From the IMG/VR virus record IMGVR_UViG_3300047994_000087, positions 1 to 64,000 of that record: DNA of 64,000 bases, one strand, 5' to 3'. This document shows, piece after piece, positions 10,393-20,834 of the stretch (position 1 is its first letter; every line of letters starts with the position of its first letter). A program made the translations under genes and the position numbers. The stretch comes from a virus. The notes below the pieces were generated by a model. The model was not told where the DNA came from and did not search any database. It was given only the letters and a program-made list of their open reading frames with translations.

Positions 10393-10516
10393 AATAAACT
10401 CTCTTGATTTTATACCAACTGTACCGATATTATCACACATGTAGTTATCAGTAAAGCCTAAACACATACGGTGCGAGCATTGCCAGTCATTCACGCAATA
10501 TAGCCATTAGATATGC

Positions 10517-10548
10517 AAAAGCCTCAACCGTATCAGGCCGAGGCTTTT
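10517..10548. terminator. Bidirectional intrinsic terminator at the end of the late cluster
   Basis: AAAAGCCTC...GAGGCTTTT inverted repeat. Confidence 0.65.
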
Positions 10549-10565
10549 CTTAACTACTGGAGCGC

Positions 10566-11432
10566 TTACTTCTGAAAGCCTACGCTTGAGATTTGATGCG
10601 CATCGCTGCTCATTTGAGCATTACATAGAACGGCATCTAGTGGCATCCAGAAGTGTCCTTTCAAGTCTCCATAAACTCCTGTTCCCCAAGAGTTACGAAT
10701 GAGACCCCAATCTTTGATTCCCTGAGTACCCATAGGTCTGTTAAGGGCATAGCCGACTACGTCAGTACAATGACCCCCTATCGACTGCTCCGAGTCTCCT
10801 GGAATCAACATAACGCCACTGTTCATGACGTTCTTGTCCTCGAAGCTAGGGTACACCGTGAAACCGAATGTCACAGGGTTGCCTTGAGCTAGGGTGTTAA
10901 GCAGCGTAATTCTGTCCAGGTTGACTGTGCTGGTCACAAGTGCGCGGTGAAGAATAGCATCGTTGTAACACTGCACAGGCGGTTTCTTCTGGAACTTAGG
11001 AGGGTTTATTATAGGTATGCCATTGGTGTTGTCGTCATAAGTCCACAGCCATGCAGGCGTAGTTCCGTCTGCTTCTGACTCAGGGCACACCCCGAACTTA
11101 TTGATAGCTGTGATCACGTCAGCAATTACAGCGCCAGCATCTTGGTTGACTGTTCCTTCCATAGCGCGAGAGTTGTAGTAGATAAACAATCTGCTGGGAG
11201 TGAATTGCCACTTGTAGTTGTTCTTCATCATGAGATGTTGAATCAACCCGGCAGTACCATTGGCGGTGCATGAACCTAACTGACCCTGATCATAGCAATC
11301 AGGAAACTGACTTCTCAAATCCACTTCCTGAGGTATGTCCATCTCTGAGCGCATGTTGGGTAGGACAAGCCTCGGATAAGCACGTGAAGGCAGCCCGCGC
11401 TTCCAGCCATAGGCTCTTGTGGTAGTATTCAT
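10566..11432 (-). CDS. Papain-like (C1A) cysteine peptidase
   Basis: QGQLGSCTANG (oxyanion Gln, catalytic Cys), GGHC (His), IRNSWG (Asn), SRLFIYYN. Confidence 0.93.
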   Translation of the reverse strand: MNTTTRAYGWKRGLPSRAYPRLVLPNMRSEMDIPQEVDLRSQFPDCYDQGQLGSCTANGTAGLIQHLMMKNNYKWQFTPSRLFIYYNSRAMEGTVNQDAGAVIADVITAINKFGVCPESEADGTTPAWLWTYDDNTNGIPIINPPKFQKKPPVQCYNDAILHRALVTSTVNLDRITLLNTLAQGNPVTFGFTVYPSFEDKNVMNSGVMLIPGDSEQSIGGHCTDVVGYALNRPMGTQGIKDWGLIRNSWGTGVYGDLKGHFWMPLDAVLCNAQMSSDAHQISSVGFQK

Positions 11433-11442
11433 TTAGGACTCC

Positions 11443-11790
11443 TTAGCAGCAGACAGCTGCTGTTGATGCACCACTTGTTGATGTAATGCGTAAAGCATTT
11501 ACAGGTGTCAGTACTTGAGTGATGTCAGCCGACAGAGTTACTGCCTTCCAAATGCCACCATTATTGTTGCCATCGTTATAGATTGTTTGGTCTTTGTTGC
11601 AACAGACTTCTAGCGTGACTTTGGTGTGGTCAGAAAAAATGATAGTTATCGGTTTGAATGTGTTGACACCAGGTGAGATGTAGCAAACACTTTGGTCTCC
11701 AGTATCCGTAAAACTCAGCTCATAAATCTGAGCTATGTAGCGAGAATATTGTGGACGTTGAGAAGGATCGTTGTTAACTGAAAAGGTCAT
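11443..11790 (-). CDS. Hypothetical beta-rich late protein
   Basis: 115 aa, overlaps the upstream late gene by 4 nt. Confidence 0.55.
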   Translation of the reverse strand: MTFSVNNDPSQRPQYSRYIAQIYELSFTDTGDQSVCYISPGVNTFKPITIIFSDHTKVTLEVCCNKDQTIYNDGNNNGGIWKAVTLSADITQVLTPVNALRITSTSGASTAAVCC

Positions 11791-12083
11791 GATACTTGGG
11801 ACTCCTGTAAGGTCTTGAGGCAGGCCATTGAAACTAGGTCTCTGCGGCCTTGGAAGAATTGGACGAGCTTGGTGGGGTCTCTAGGAATCTCTTGCTTGAA
11901 CACGAGATCTTGGAACTCTTTAGCAACTGCCATGCCGCAAGAACTTTGAATCTGCAACAATATGGTGTTCGCTGGAACAACTTGCATGTTCGCCTGGAAC
12001 GTGGCAGCTGCATCAGCGGGATTGAACGAGCTTACTAATTGCTGTTCAGCCATGTTTATAAGGCTCCCTGCTCGACTTTCCAC
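11787..12083 (-). CDS. Small late protein with SRAGSLINMAE N-terminal motif (candidate internal head protein)
   Basis: N-terminus aligns with ORFs starting at 42851 and 43090. Confidence 0.55.
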   Translation of the reverse strand: MESRAGSLINMAEQQLVSSFNPADAAATFQANMQVVPANTILLQIQSSCGMAVAKEFQDLVFKQEIPRDPTKLVQFFQGRRDLVSMACLKTLQESQVS

Positions 12084-12086
12084 ACC

Positions 12087-12326
12087 CTAGTCTTCCTTCT
12101 TAGCTTCATCAGCTTTGGGAGCAACCACAGGCTTAGCAGCTGGTGCTTCTGCCTTTGGAGCTTGAGCTAATTCGTACAGTCTTTTCTTAGCCTTGGACGT
12201 GTGAAGGTTAGACCCTTCGCGCTTACCTTGCGCTTTTACTTCCTTCTTAGCTTGGCCCCAAAGTTCTACTACTTCACCGAAAGTGCGGCCAGTTGCTTTG
12301 GCCAGATTTCTAAGCTCTTCTTGCAT
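12087..12326 (-). CDS. Small basic late protein
   Basis: 79 aa, Lys/Ala-rich, tightly packed in the late cluster. Confidence 0.5.
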   Translation of the reverse strand: MQEELRNLAKATGRTFGEVVELWGQAKKEVKAQGKREGSNLHTSKAKKRLYELAQAPKAEAPAAKPVVAPKADEAKKED

Positions 12327-12328
12327 GG

Positions 12329-12907
12329 TTATTTGATCCCTCGTATTTGTGCTTCTAGGTCGTTGTCTCTTCTAAGCCACCCAGCAAGATCGTGCGCCTG
12401 TGCTGGGTTTTGCTTAACTCTGAAATATCGGTATGCTTTTCTCTGTTCACATATGTTCAATGCAACTCCCAGCTGTTCGCCTGGGCTAAGCGCTTTCAAT
12501 GCTGCGAGCATTTCTCCTGTCATGAAACAAGAAGGACCGAGAAAGAGTGCTTTGGCAACAGCGAAAAGACCAGGCTGTTTCATGGCTAAAGCTTCGGCCA
12601 AGAACTTTCTGAAGGTACCGGGATTGAAATTTACGGCTGTATCAAACAGAGTCATAGACAGCGGTAAGTCACATATGTAGGCATATGAAGGGGACCAGAA
12701 CATGGTCTGATAGATAGTCCGCACTTCGTCTGTGCTGATGTTGTAAACACTTTGGAGAGGAAGTTTATGGTTCTTCCGGTATGTGTTATATGTCGCTTGC
12801 GTTATGCCAAAATCAGTACGCCCACCAGGATCTGTTGGGTCGTTACTTTTGCCGCCTTCCCATTTAAGAGTAAATGCAAGGGCTTTGTAGAATGCTTCCC
12901 TGGACAT
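12329..12907 (-). CDS. Endolysin, glycosyl hydrolase family 108
   Basis: WEGG.SNDPTDPGGRTDFGIT signature; C-terminal GWLRR peptidoglycan-binding motif. Confidence 0.9.
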   Translation of the reverse strand: MSREAFYKALAFTLKWEGGKSNDPTDPGGRTDFGITQATYNTYRKNHKLPLQSVYNISTDEVRTIYQTMFWSPSYAYICDLPLSMTLFDTAVNFNPGTFRKFLAEALAMKQPGLFAVAKALFLGPSCFMTGEMLAALKALSPGEQLGVALNICEQRKAYRYFRVKQNPAQAHDLAGWLRRDNDLEAQIRGIK

Positions 12908-12962
12908 GCGATTACTACCTCTTCATTAGAGATAGTAAGGTTGATTACGAGTGTCACTTATT

Positions 12963-13184
12963 TTATTGGCTGTTTACGATGGGGCACACGACTTGACCCA
13001 CGGCACAAATAATTTTGCCAACAGTGATTGCTATCTGGTAGTAGTCTACGGAAGCCACTTTAGCTTGTGCTGGGTTAGTGAGGAATCCATGTATGAATTC
13101 ATCTGGAGGTGGCAAAATGTTGTTATGCAAAGCCGTTAACTTGAAGTGGTCGATAACCCCTTGTTGTTGCTGCGTATTCATCAT
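12963..13184 (-). CDS. Hypothetical protein downstream of the tail fibre
   Basis: Start MMNTQQQQ at 13184 avoids overlap with the fibre gene. Confidence 0.45.
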   Translation of the reverse strand: MMNTQQQQGVIDHFKLTALHNNILPPPDEFIHGFLTNPAQAKVASVDYYQIAITVGKIICAVGQVVCPIVNSQ

Positions 13185-13201
13185 CGTATAAGAGTTAATC
13201 A

Positions 13202-15304
13202 TTAGACCCACATCTCCACAGATATACCAGGTGATGATCCGTCGTCGAATGTTGAAGACTGCGGACCAGAATAGAATGTCGCTGTATGAGTGCCATCTGT
13301 ATATTCCATGGGGAAGGCCTGACATAGATTTGCGTGTGTAGGAGAAGGACTAATCACAACGTCCTTGTATTCTCTAACTATCGCCTTGGACTCGGTTGTA
13401 AGAGCTACAGCGCCGTAAGGTGACCCAGCTCCAATATAGTTATCTAGAGGCGAATACAAAGACGTAGGAGTTGCTGACCCGATTGTGTTTATTTGAAATC
13501 CGATTCCTGGCATAAAGTTAGCAGTAGTAGGTTTTACTAAAGCAACTACAGTCACTTTTGGCAAAATCGGATCTATGGCATCCACAACGAATGAGCATGA
13601 GTAGCTTCCAGCGGAAGCACCCCCGGTAGCGTGTGGTGAAGTCGCTGTGGCAGTAATGGGAAGAAGCCAGTTTGTAAATGACGGGATAGCTTGGCCTAGG
13701 CTCAATGTTGAACTCTTGAGTCTTTTATTGTAGTGATTTTTTATACAACGAGACTGACCCCAATCATAAGTGCCCGCACTGCTGCCATAGAATGTGCCTA
13801 GATAGGTGTATGCAGGAAATAGTGTGCTGCTTACTTGTCTTATCCTAATGCCGTTAAAGAATACGGGAATGTTAGTGGTAGTCGCTGCTTCGATAAACAA
13901 AGTAGGAGTTCCGCTAGAAAGAAACAAATAAACGTAGTATGTTGCAGGGGTGGCCGACAGGCTGCTCAATGACAAATTAATACCAGACCCAATGTCTACG
14001 ATCTTCGTATATCCGGCAGTCGCATCATACACCGGTACAAACGTGTGTTCTTTGGGTAAATAATATAGAGTTGTTGAACCAGACGACGAACTATCCAGAT
14101 CAGGATTAACTGAGCTTGTGCATAATCGTCCTCCCGGCACCATTAAGGCGGTTGCCCCATAAGTTAGAACTCCCGACCCATTGTTTATTGGTACGGTACC
14201 TGCGGCGCCCTGAGTAGCGGGGAAAGTAGTTGCGCAATTAGGCAGGATAACTGTAGCACCGGTTGCTACAGCAGGAGATTTTAAATTTGTTGCGCCTGAA
14301 GACCCATCCCTAAACTGTAATTGTCCAGCAGAACCTAAAGATCCTACGATTAAGGAGAACGTACCTCCAGATGCAGAGGAAATTAAGTTAGGATTGCCGC
14401 CAACTACTGTCCCGGTGCTAGCAAAATAAGCTAGCTCACCACCTCCTGAGCTTAACACAGTCCCAGAGCCACCTCCGCCGCCACTGATTGAAGCTTGCCA
14501 TTGAGAATATTCAACAGCTTCACCGGCGCCAGTTGCAGGAGCTGTGTTAATAATACCTCCGGTAGCATACTTGACGAACTTGCCAGCAGTTGGAGTTGTA
14601 ACACCTTGAGAGAACTCTACAGCCTGGCCATTGGCTGTAGCAGCGGTAACGTTCACCACTCCCCCTGTGCCATAAAGAACAATGTCTCCAGCTGTTGGAG
14701 TAGAGGTAGGAGTCCCTACAAGAGTGGTCAAATTAGAAACGTTTGTGTTGGTTGTGTCGAGTTGACTTTTGACCACTACAGAAGTGCTTGTGGACCCAGC
14801 ATTAGCATACAAGACGCCTGATCCATCACGTTCAGGCACACTATTATTAGTAACAGTAACAGAAGGAGCGGCTAGACCACCAATGTCTCCTTCTAAAGTG
14901 GTTACCCGTCCAACCAAAGCTGTATAACCGCCGCTTCCTGCCAGAGGAGCATACGTTGCCGCTGCACCTAAGGGAGTCACAGCAGTAGTGTCATCCGTGC
15001 CTGCTATAACTTGAGCGTTTGTTGCTAATTGAACAGCGCCGGGAGTTAAATGTGAAGCTAATGAGTTACTGAAAGAAACCAGTGTCCATGTGGTGCCACC
15101 AACTGTACCATCTGTAGCTGTGCATCTATAGAGGGCTGCGTCCCCAGCTATACTTGTACAAAAAATACCTACCTGCCCAGCAGCCAGGTGTCCTTGGGGG
15201 TTTCCGTTGTAAGTTAAGTTGGCAGCGTTGTCTAACTGCGTCAGCCAAACTCTTGCTAAAACAGTAGGATCACCGTTCAAATTGCTAAGAAGGTAATACG
15301 TCAT
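13202..15304 (-). CDS. Tail fibre / receptor-binding protein
   Basis: GAVQLAT...GTDDTTAVTP T4 gp12/gp34-type fibre repeat; three internal repeats ending VxxSQ; Gly/Thr/Ser-rich. Confidence 0.8.
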   Translation of the reverse strand: MTYYLLSNLNGDPTVLARVWLTQLDNAANLTYNGNPQGHLAAGQVGIFCTSIAGDAALYRCTATDGTVGGTTWTLVSFSNSLASHLTPGAVQLATNAQVIAGTDDTTAVTPLGAAATYAPLAGSGGYTALVGRVTTLEGDIGGLAAPSVTVTNNSVPERDGSGVLYANAGSTSTSVVVKSQLDTTNTNVSNLTTLVGTPTSTPTAGDIVLYGTGGVVNVTAATANGQAVEFSQGVTTPTAGKFVKYATGGIINTAPATGAGEAVEYSQWQASISGGGGGSGTVLSSGGGELAYFASTGTVVGGNPNLISSASGGTFSLIVGSLGSAGQLQFRDGSSGATNLKSPAVATGATVILPNCATTFPATQGAAGTVPINNGSGVLTYGATALMVPGGRLCTSSVNPDLDSSSSGSTTLYYLPKEHTFVPVYDATAGYTKIVDIGSGINLSLSSLSATPATYYVYLFLSSGTPTLFIEAATTTNIPVFFNGIRIRQVSSTLFPAYTYLGTFYGSSAGTYDWGQSRCIKNHYNKRLKSSTLSLGQAIPSFTNWLLPITATATSPHATGGASAGSYSCSFVVDAIDPILPKVTVVALVKPTTANFMPGIGFQINTIGSATPTSLYSPLDNYIGAGSPYGAVALTTESKAIVREYKDVVISPSPTHANLCQAFPMEYTDGTHTATFYSGPQSSTFDDGSSPGISVEMWV

Positions 15305-15507
15305 TGAGATTCCTTCGAAAGCAATGCAAGAGAGGCCTTAAGCTCTTCGTGCATCTTTTCTAACTTATCTATTTTTGCTATCAATTCATTGTTGTTAGGT
15401 TTGACGCTTATCCACGCACCGGACTCAGGGCAACGAACTAACCCTTGGAAGTGGTGCTTGCCATTGTGAAAGTATTTAGGTCTTTGTCCTGGAATATCTC
15501 TGTTCAT
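15301..15507 (-). CDS. Small coiled-coil protein between baseplate and fibre genes
   Basis: 68 aa, overlapping stop/start, C-terminal heptads. Confidence 0.55.
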   Translation of the reverse strand: MNRDIPGQRPKYFHNGKHHFQGLVRCPESGAWISVKPNNNELIAKIDKLEKMHEELKASLALLSKESQ

Positions 15508-15509
15508 GG

Positions 15510-18500
15510 CTAGCTCTCAATAACGCGAACGTTTCTAATCATTGGGGTGAGGAAGGTCTGATCTGACGCCAACACCAACTTCACCTTGACTGTCTGGTGC
15601 AGATCTCCTGACCCAGAGTCGTATTGATAGTGTAGTTGAGTGAAAGTATCGTTTATGAAAAGAGTGTCGGCTGTGATGAGCGACATCCCGCCGGTCGGAT
15701 TGTTGTTTGTTGTTGGTCCAACATAAGACCCACCATCCAATTTGACATACGGAGAAATGCTGCAACCACCGGGTATGGAAGTTTCTACATATACGTCCGT
15801 GTATCTACCGGATGAAGATGGCAATGAAAATGTACGATGCAGATAAGCACCAGATGCCTGGTAGATAAATCCAATCAATTCAGGATTGTCTATCAGAACT
15901 GGGCAAAGAGTACCATCTGCGCTATTGGTCAAGACTACTCTGTACTGAATGGTCTGTTGCGCGAAGCCAAGATCAAGCTCTACGGTAGGCGTGCACGTAT
16001 TCCACGTATTACCAGCGTCAGTGGAGTATTGGAAAATAACTTGCGTGCCATCTCCAAGCTCTTTGAACGGGGCGGAGAACATGAACGTGCATACTGGGGA
16101 GCCAAAATCTTGAGTTCCCAGAGTTACAGTCGCAGTAGGGTTAGTGAACTGTGCATAGTTGATATTGAACTGAAGATCTACACCGGCTAGCACTGACCAA
16201 GACACAGCATCAGGGGACTCTAGGGCCACACCGGTAGCTGGGTTAGTAGTGATAAGAAGGTTAGAATTAACATCCTTGCTTCCTAGTTGTGCAGTCCATA
16301 TGCTTGCAGCATTGTCGTTAGTCAATACAACGAAGGCATACTCAGTCCCACCTTGCAAGTAAATAGGCTTAGGCATTGGAAAGTTGGTAGCTTCTGTGGT
16401 GCTGGTTATGCTGCTGGCTTGCAGCCAACTTGTGCCAAGGTAAGGTCCGGTAGGAACACCAGAAGTAACTTGAGATATTGCAACAGCTACAGGGTTAGCT
16501 GGCAGCACGGCGAAGAATAGATCTACTGAAGACAAATAACCGTCATTTACTGGTGTGAATGTTTGTGCAAGAGGGTCAGTGGTTCCAGTAATGGACGCCA
16601 TGAAGTCTTTCTGTGGGAATCCAAAGTAGCCACTCTGTGCAATTATCAAAGCTGCGTTGGCTGCGATGTCGGTAGAAGAAAGATTGACTGCATTCGCTAT
16701 GTTGGATAGAACAGTGCCGTTGACCACAGTTTGTAGCTCTGTGTATGCAGCATAAACTGAAAGACCAGCAATCAAGTCATCAACCGTAAGGGTGACACCA
16801 TCAAACACTGATTCTGCAATCGCGGAGGCAATAACGTGAGCACATGAAGTAGCTGCCCACTTATTAATGATTACCCAAGTAGCGAAGCTTGGCTTGTAGC
16901 CTTCAACCACAACTTCATCATAAGGACCGTAGTAGACGTTTTCTACCTGAGTACTATTCTTGGAAATTGACGGCAGTCCTAGAGTTTGTGCCAGAGCATA
17001 GATAGGAATTCCTGTTCCAGACAGGCCAGACACAGTTGGTGCTTTAGGAGGTATTGTGACAGTGATGTCTACCTGCTCCATGTTCGGAGAGGCGTTGTAG
17101 ATCACGCTAGCATATGACACAACTCTGTTTGAAGTTGGTAGTGACCCACCTACGTGACCATAGAATTCAACTTGGTTAGAGCCAGGGATTACAGTAGGCG
17201 GAATAACAAATGACGCTGTCCAGTTACCGTTATTATCCGCATTTACGCAGCCAGGGAAGTTTGAATCTGTGCTTGCAGCAGTAGACCCGGTTGGAGTTAA
17301 GGCAACCACTTCTCCGTTGAACGTGCACTGGATTGACTGCTCATTGGCAGTGAACACTGATCCAGAGCAAGTAATGGTACCACCACTAGGAGTGTTGCCT
17401 GTCAGCAGAGTCTGTGTGTTTGTCGTTACTGTAGCCCAGGCATTGTTCTGGGTAGTAGTGTTAGTAGACAATACAGTTGCATTGTTCAGAGGGTTATTGC
17501 CCGTCGAATCTGAAACTGCATCTGTCCAGCCGGTAGGAGTGGCCACCTTAGTGATGAACCAAGGATTGGTTACTGGAACACTGCTAGATGAGCCTAACTG
17601 AGCCGCCACCGGAGTAGTCGGAGTCACGTTAGCTAGAAGCTTAGCGTTTTTAACGTTATTGACTTTCAGCTTGGTGTTTTTGTTTACTGTAGTCAGATTA
17701 ACGTCTTGAACCATCTGGGCCACGAAGGTATGGCTCAATGTAACTTGGCAACGGGTATTTACCGCGCCGTATAGGTTTATGACACGTGCATTACTTGCGA
17801 AGCTTTGCTGAACGGACACTGCTTCTGTGAAGGTCGGCACCCAGGTTCCAGCCATGTTTGTCGCATCAGACGAACTAAAAGAAGGAGACTGGGTAGTCTG
17901 AGTTCTAGGCAGAGAAAACGTTCTAGACAAGAAGTCGAACGTTCCCGCAAAGTCAGGGTCGCCTTCATCAACAAGGTCAGGGGTAGACAGGTTGTCGGCA
18001 AAAATGCCAAGCTTGTCGGTGGGCGTGGGCTGGTTCTGTGCATTTGCAGCAAGCTGGAATTGTGCATCATCGTACAGAAGATTCTGTATGTTCTGGTACA
18101 TGGTGCGTAGATCGGTAGTTAACAGAGTCTGGTTCTGGAAGTTCTCTCTAACAACTTGAGTAGATCTAGCCTCAGCTGGAAGGATGAACTTACAGATAGG
18201 TAGATAGAAGTTAGAAATAGGAGCGGCTGTTGGGTTGGCATCTGGAGTGCCTGGCAGGATAGCGAGTATTCCATCCTGTCCCCAGGCCAGTACGTCTATT
18301 CGTGGCAGAGAAAATGAAAAATCAACGTTGACTTGGCTGGAGTTGACCGGCTGATTACCCCCGACCACGTCAAAGGATATCTGGCTTGTGTAATCTACGG
18401 CCAGGCCTGTCGGAGTCAAAGTAGGCGTGCTGTCAAACAGTTGGTTACCTAATGCAGAGACAAATGAGTCTCTAGACACATAGTCTCCTTCAGTAGTGTG

Positions 18501-20210
18501 CGCCCAGTAGAAGTAATTTGATGTTACTGTCGGAGTACCACCAGCTAACCAAGTAATTTTTCCAGTGTTGTATGCAACAGTGAAATCCGTTCCTTCCACA
18601 TAGGTTGTGCCACCATTCTTAATAGATGTGATTGGAGTCATCACATCAGCATGGGAAAGGGTGAATCCAAAAGTGCTTACAGGAGTGCTTGGAGTAAACA
18701 CTTCAGAACCGGAAGAGGTAGCAGTGTACGTTGTAGCATTAGGAGATGTGCTTACAAGAGTAATGAAGTTGTTGCTTCCCGTGTGGCTAGCAGTCAAGAA
18801 ACCATTTACGGTTGGGTCTGCATTAATTGCAGTGGCAAGATGCCCGGCTAAATTTGAGGCGTTAGTGTCTGGAGTTCCGCCTCCCACTGTTGTATAACTT
18901 GTTGTATGACTTCCACCAAGACCAGAGTTGTGCGTAACAAAAGAAATGGTGTGACCAGAAGCAAATGATCCAGATAGAGTCACAGTGCCGGTACTTGAGA
19001 CTAGTCCGACTGTGTGGGATTCACCAGTTACTGTTGTCTGTGTTCTCACTCCGGGGGTAAGATCGACAGCGTAAATTACTTGAGCTTGGTAGCTTGTGCC
19101 CGTAGCTGGTGCTATTCCTCCGCCAAGCCATTCAATGCCAGCATCATCTACAAGTTCATAATCAACGCCTTCTTCAGCAACATCTGTGCTAGAAGAGAAA
19201 GTAGTGCCGACCTGAGTTACAGAAACTACGCTATGAACGTGTCCTTGTCCTGAAGTAACATAAGGCGCAGGAAAGGTGTCCGTGTCACTGAGGCTTCCAC
19301 GTGACATAGGGATTGTGCCGGATTCAATGTCAGCATTTACTCTCTGCACTGACTGTATGGGCAGAGTTCCTACGTCATATACAAGCTGAGGTAGTGAAGC
19401 ATTAAAGGTAAGCGGGAAGTCAGTTGTAGCCTGTCCTGAAAGAGGACGCGCAATTGACAGGACGGTCTTTAGATTATCGTATCTGACACCATTTACGTAC
19501 CCTACGCCATTGTCGATGGTGCAGGAAATATTCTGCACGTTTGTGCCAGGTGGGTCAGTTAGTGTGATAGTCGGAACGGTGGTAGTGAATGAACCACTTT
19601 GTTCCTTAGTGCGCAGAGCAAGGATTGCTAAAATCTCGTCAAGGAAAGCGTTATTACTTGGTCTCTCGACTAACTGCCCATTGATGAACGTGGCAATAGG
19701 AATTGCGTTTGGATTATTACGAACATATTGAATGTTGTAAGCTCCAGCGTCAGCTGAAGGCACTCCATACGCTTCAGACCCCTGTGCCGGGTCATTGAGG
19801 GCCGGGTCATCAGTCGATTTTATAACTCGGGGAGTTACTTGAAGAGAAAGTGTTTCGGTACCAGTTCCTGTGAATGCATTCGCATCTGGAGCAGCTGGAG
19901 AAGAGTAAGCTCCAACGTTGTGCCACATTCCGAGAGCGTAAACTACACCGGCAGTGATGTTTACTTGCAGCCCTGGATTTAGGAAACCAATGGTGATGTT
20001 GCCACCATTGTAGAATTGACCTTCATTGAAAATCTTACTAGTGCTGGCTTCAACATTAGTCTGAATGATTCGTTGTAAGTCATTGAATTGCGCAGCTTCT
20101 ACCGGAGTCTTCGGATTGAAGAGCATCATGCGCCAAGGATAAGTGACACCACCCAAGTTCGAAGCTAGGGATAAGTCTGTGTAATAATCAGTAGGAGGAG
20201 TGTAAACCAC
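15510..20210 (-). CDS. Large baseplate / fibre-attachment protein (DUF4815-like)
   Basis: MLFNP..PVEAAQFNDLQ N-terminus, GIFADN, DPLAQTF...SSVDLFF segments typical of this myovirus protein; 1566 aa. Confidence 0.75.
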   Translation of the reverse strand: MVYTPPTDYYTDLSLASNLGGVTYPWRMMLFNPKTPVEAAQFNDLQRIIQTNVEASTSKIFNEGQFYNGGNITIGFLNPGLQVNITAGVVYALGMWHNVGAYSSPAAPDANAFTGTGTETLSLQVTPRVIKSTDDPALNDPAQGSEAYGVPSADAGAYNIQYVRNNPNAIPIATFINGQLVERPSNNAFLDEILAILALRTKEQSGSFTTTVPTITLTDPPGTNVQNISCTIDNGVGYVNGVRYDNLKTVLSIARPLSGQATTDFPLTFNASLPQLVYDVGTLPIQSVQRVNADIESGTIPMSRGSLSDTDTFPAPYVTSGQGHVHSVVSVTQVGTTFSSSTDVAEEGVDYELVDDAGIEWLGGGIAPATGTSYQAQVIYAVDLTPGVRTQTTVTGESHTVGLVSSTGTVTLSGSFASGHTISFVTHNSGLGGSHTTSYTTVGGGTPDTNASNLAGHLATAINADPTVNGFLTASHTGSNNFITLVSTSPNATTYTATSSGSEVFTPSTPVSTFGFTLSHADVMTPITSIKNGGTTYVEGTDFTVAYNTGKITWLAGGTPTVTSNYFYWAHTTEGDYVSRDSFVSALGNQLFDSTPTLTPTGLAVDYTSQISFDVVGGNQPVNSSQVNVDFSFSLPRIDVLAWGQDGILAILPGTPDANPTAAPISNFYLPICKFILPAEARSTQVVRENFQNQTLLTTDLRTMYQNIQNLLYDDAQFQLAANAQNQPTPTDKLGIFADNLSTPDLVDEGDPDFAGTFDFLSRTFSLPRTQTTQSPSFSSSDATNMAGTWVPTFTEAVSVQQSFASNARVINLYGAVNTRCQVTLSHTFVAQMVQDVNLTTVNKNTKLKVNNVKNAKLLANVTPTTPVAAQLGSSSSVPVTNPWFITKVATPTGWTDAVSDSTGNNPLNNATVLSTNTTTQNNAWATVTTNTQTLLTGNTPSGGTITCSGSVFTANEQSIQCTFNGEVVALTPTGSTAASTDSNFPGCVNADNNGNWTASFVIPPTVIPGSNQVEFYGHVGGSLPTSNRVVSYASVIYNASPNMEQVDITVTIPPKAPTVSGLSGTGIPIYALAQTLGLPSISKNSTQVENVYYGPYDEVVVEGYKPSFATWVIINKWAATSCAHVIASAIAESVFDGVTLTVDDLIAGLSVYAAYTELQTVVNGTVLSNIANAVNLSSTDIAANAALIIAQSGYFGFPQKDFMASITGTTDPLAQTFTPVNDGYLSSVDLFFAVLPANPVAVAISQVTSGVPTGPYLGTSWLQASSITSTTEATNFPMPKPIYLQGGTEYAFVVLTNDNAASIWTAQLGSKDVNSNLLITTNPATGVALESPDAVSWSVLAGVDLQFNINYAQFTNPTATVTLGTQDFGSPVCTFMFSAPFKELGDGTQVIFQYSTDAGNTWNTCTPTVELDLGFAQQTIQYRVVLTNSADGTLCPVLIDNPELIGFIYQASGAYLHRTFSLPSSSGRYTDVYVETSIPGGCSISPYVKLDGGSYVGPTTNNNPTGGMSLITADTLFINDTFTQLHYQYDSGSGDLHQTVKVKLVLASDQTFLTPMIRNVRVIES
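18681..18996 (-). repeat. Copy of the shared ~100-aa AINAD domain (in the large baseplate protein)
   Basis: STGTVTLSGSFASGHTISF...LATAINADPTVNGFLTA...ITLVSTSPNATTY...GSEVFTPSTP. Confidence 0.85.
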
Positions 20211-20222
20211 GTGAAAGACTCC

Positions 20223-20753
20223 TTAGTATTGAATGACTTCGAAGAAGTCATGCTGAGAACCGACTATTACTGGATAAGGGCGGCGGTATTCTAGGGTTTC
20301 CAGATCTCCGAAATCTGCAATATTTGCCGCAGGAAGGTAGCTGTCTGAACCATGTCCAGAAGTAGGCACCAGGTTTGTAGCGAACCCCAACTGTCGATAT
20401 GCCGTGATAGAAGGATCTATGCTGCCATCAAGAAGAGTTCCTTGAAGTAGAACAAATATGTCTCCACTCCAGGCAAGAACATCAGTTTGAGTAGTCAGCT
20501 CACTAAAGCTTCTTACCGTGTTGTCCGATCCAAGAATAGTGTATATTCCAGCGTCATCCTCTTTGACCCAACGCACAGTTACAGGAACTGCGGCAAAAGC
20601 GTCCGGGATAGAAGTTGTGGTGGGCACAGGCAAAGGAGGCGAAGTGTCATTGTCCCAAGGAACCAGGCCGCCGAAAATCAAGAAGGTAGACGCGCCGTTA
20701 GCGACTTTGAATCTGATAGCGTCCATCAAACGATGAAGGTTGGTCAATATCAT
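20223..20753 (-). CDS. Baseplate wedge protein
   Basis: FGGLVPWDNDTSPPLP and YRQLG motifs; baseplate synteny. Confidence 0.65.
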   Translation of the reverse strand: MILTNLHRLMDAIRFKVANGASTFLIFGGLVPWDNDTSPPLPVPTTTSIPDAFAAVPVTVRWVKEDDAGIYTILGSDNTVRSFSELTTQTDVLAWSGDIFVLLQGTLLDGSIDPSITAYRQLGFATNLVPTSGHGSDSYLPAANIADFGDLETLEYRRPYPVIVGSQHDFFEVIQY

Positions 20754-20834
20754 ATGTGGGACACCTGGACATAAAGACAGAAGACTTGCCTTATCGTAAG
20801 CGCGAATAAATATGCGCTCTAAAATTCAAGAGTA

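Noticed and set aside
13202-15304. Diversity-generating retroelement target
   Set aside because: No reverse transcriptase in the window and no adenine-variant template repeat noticed; a remote DGR cannot be excluded.
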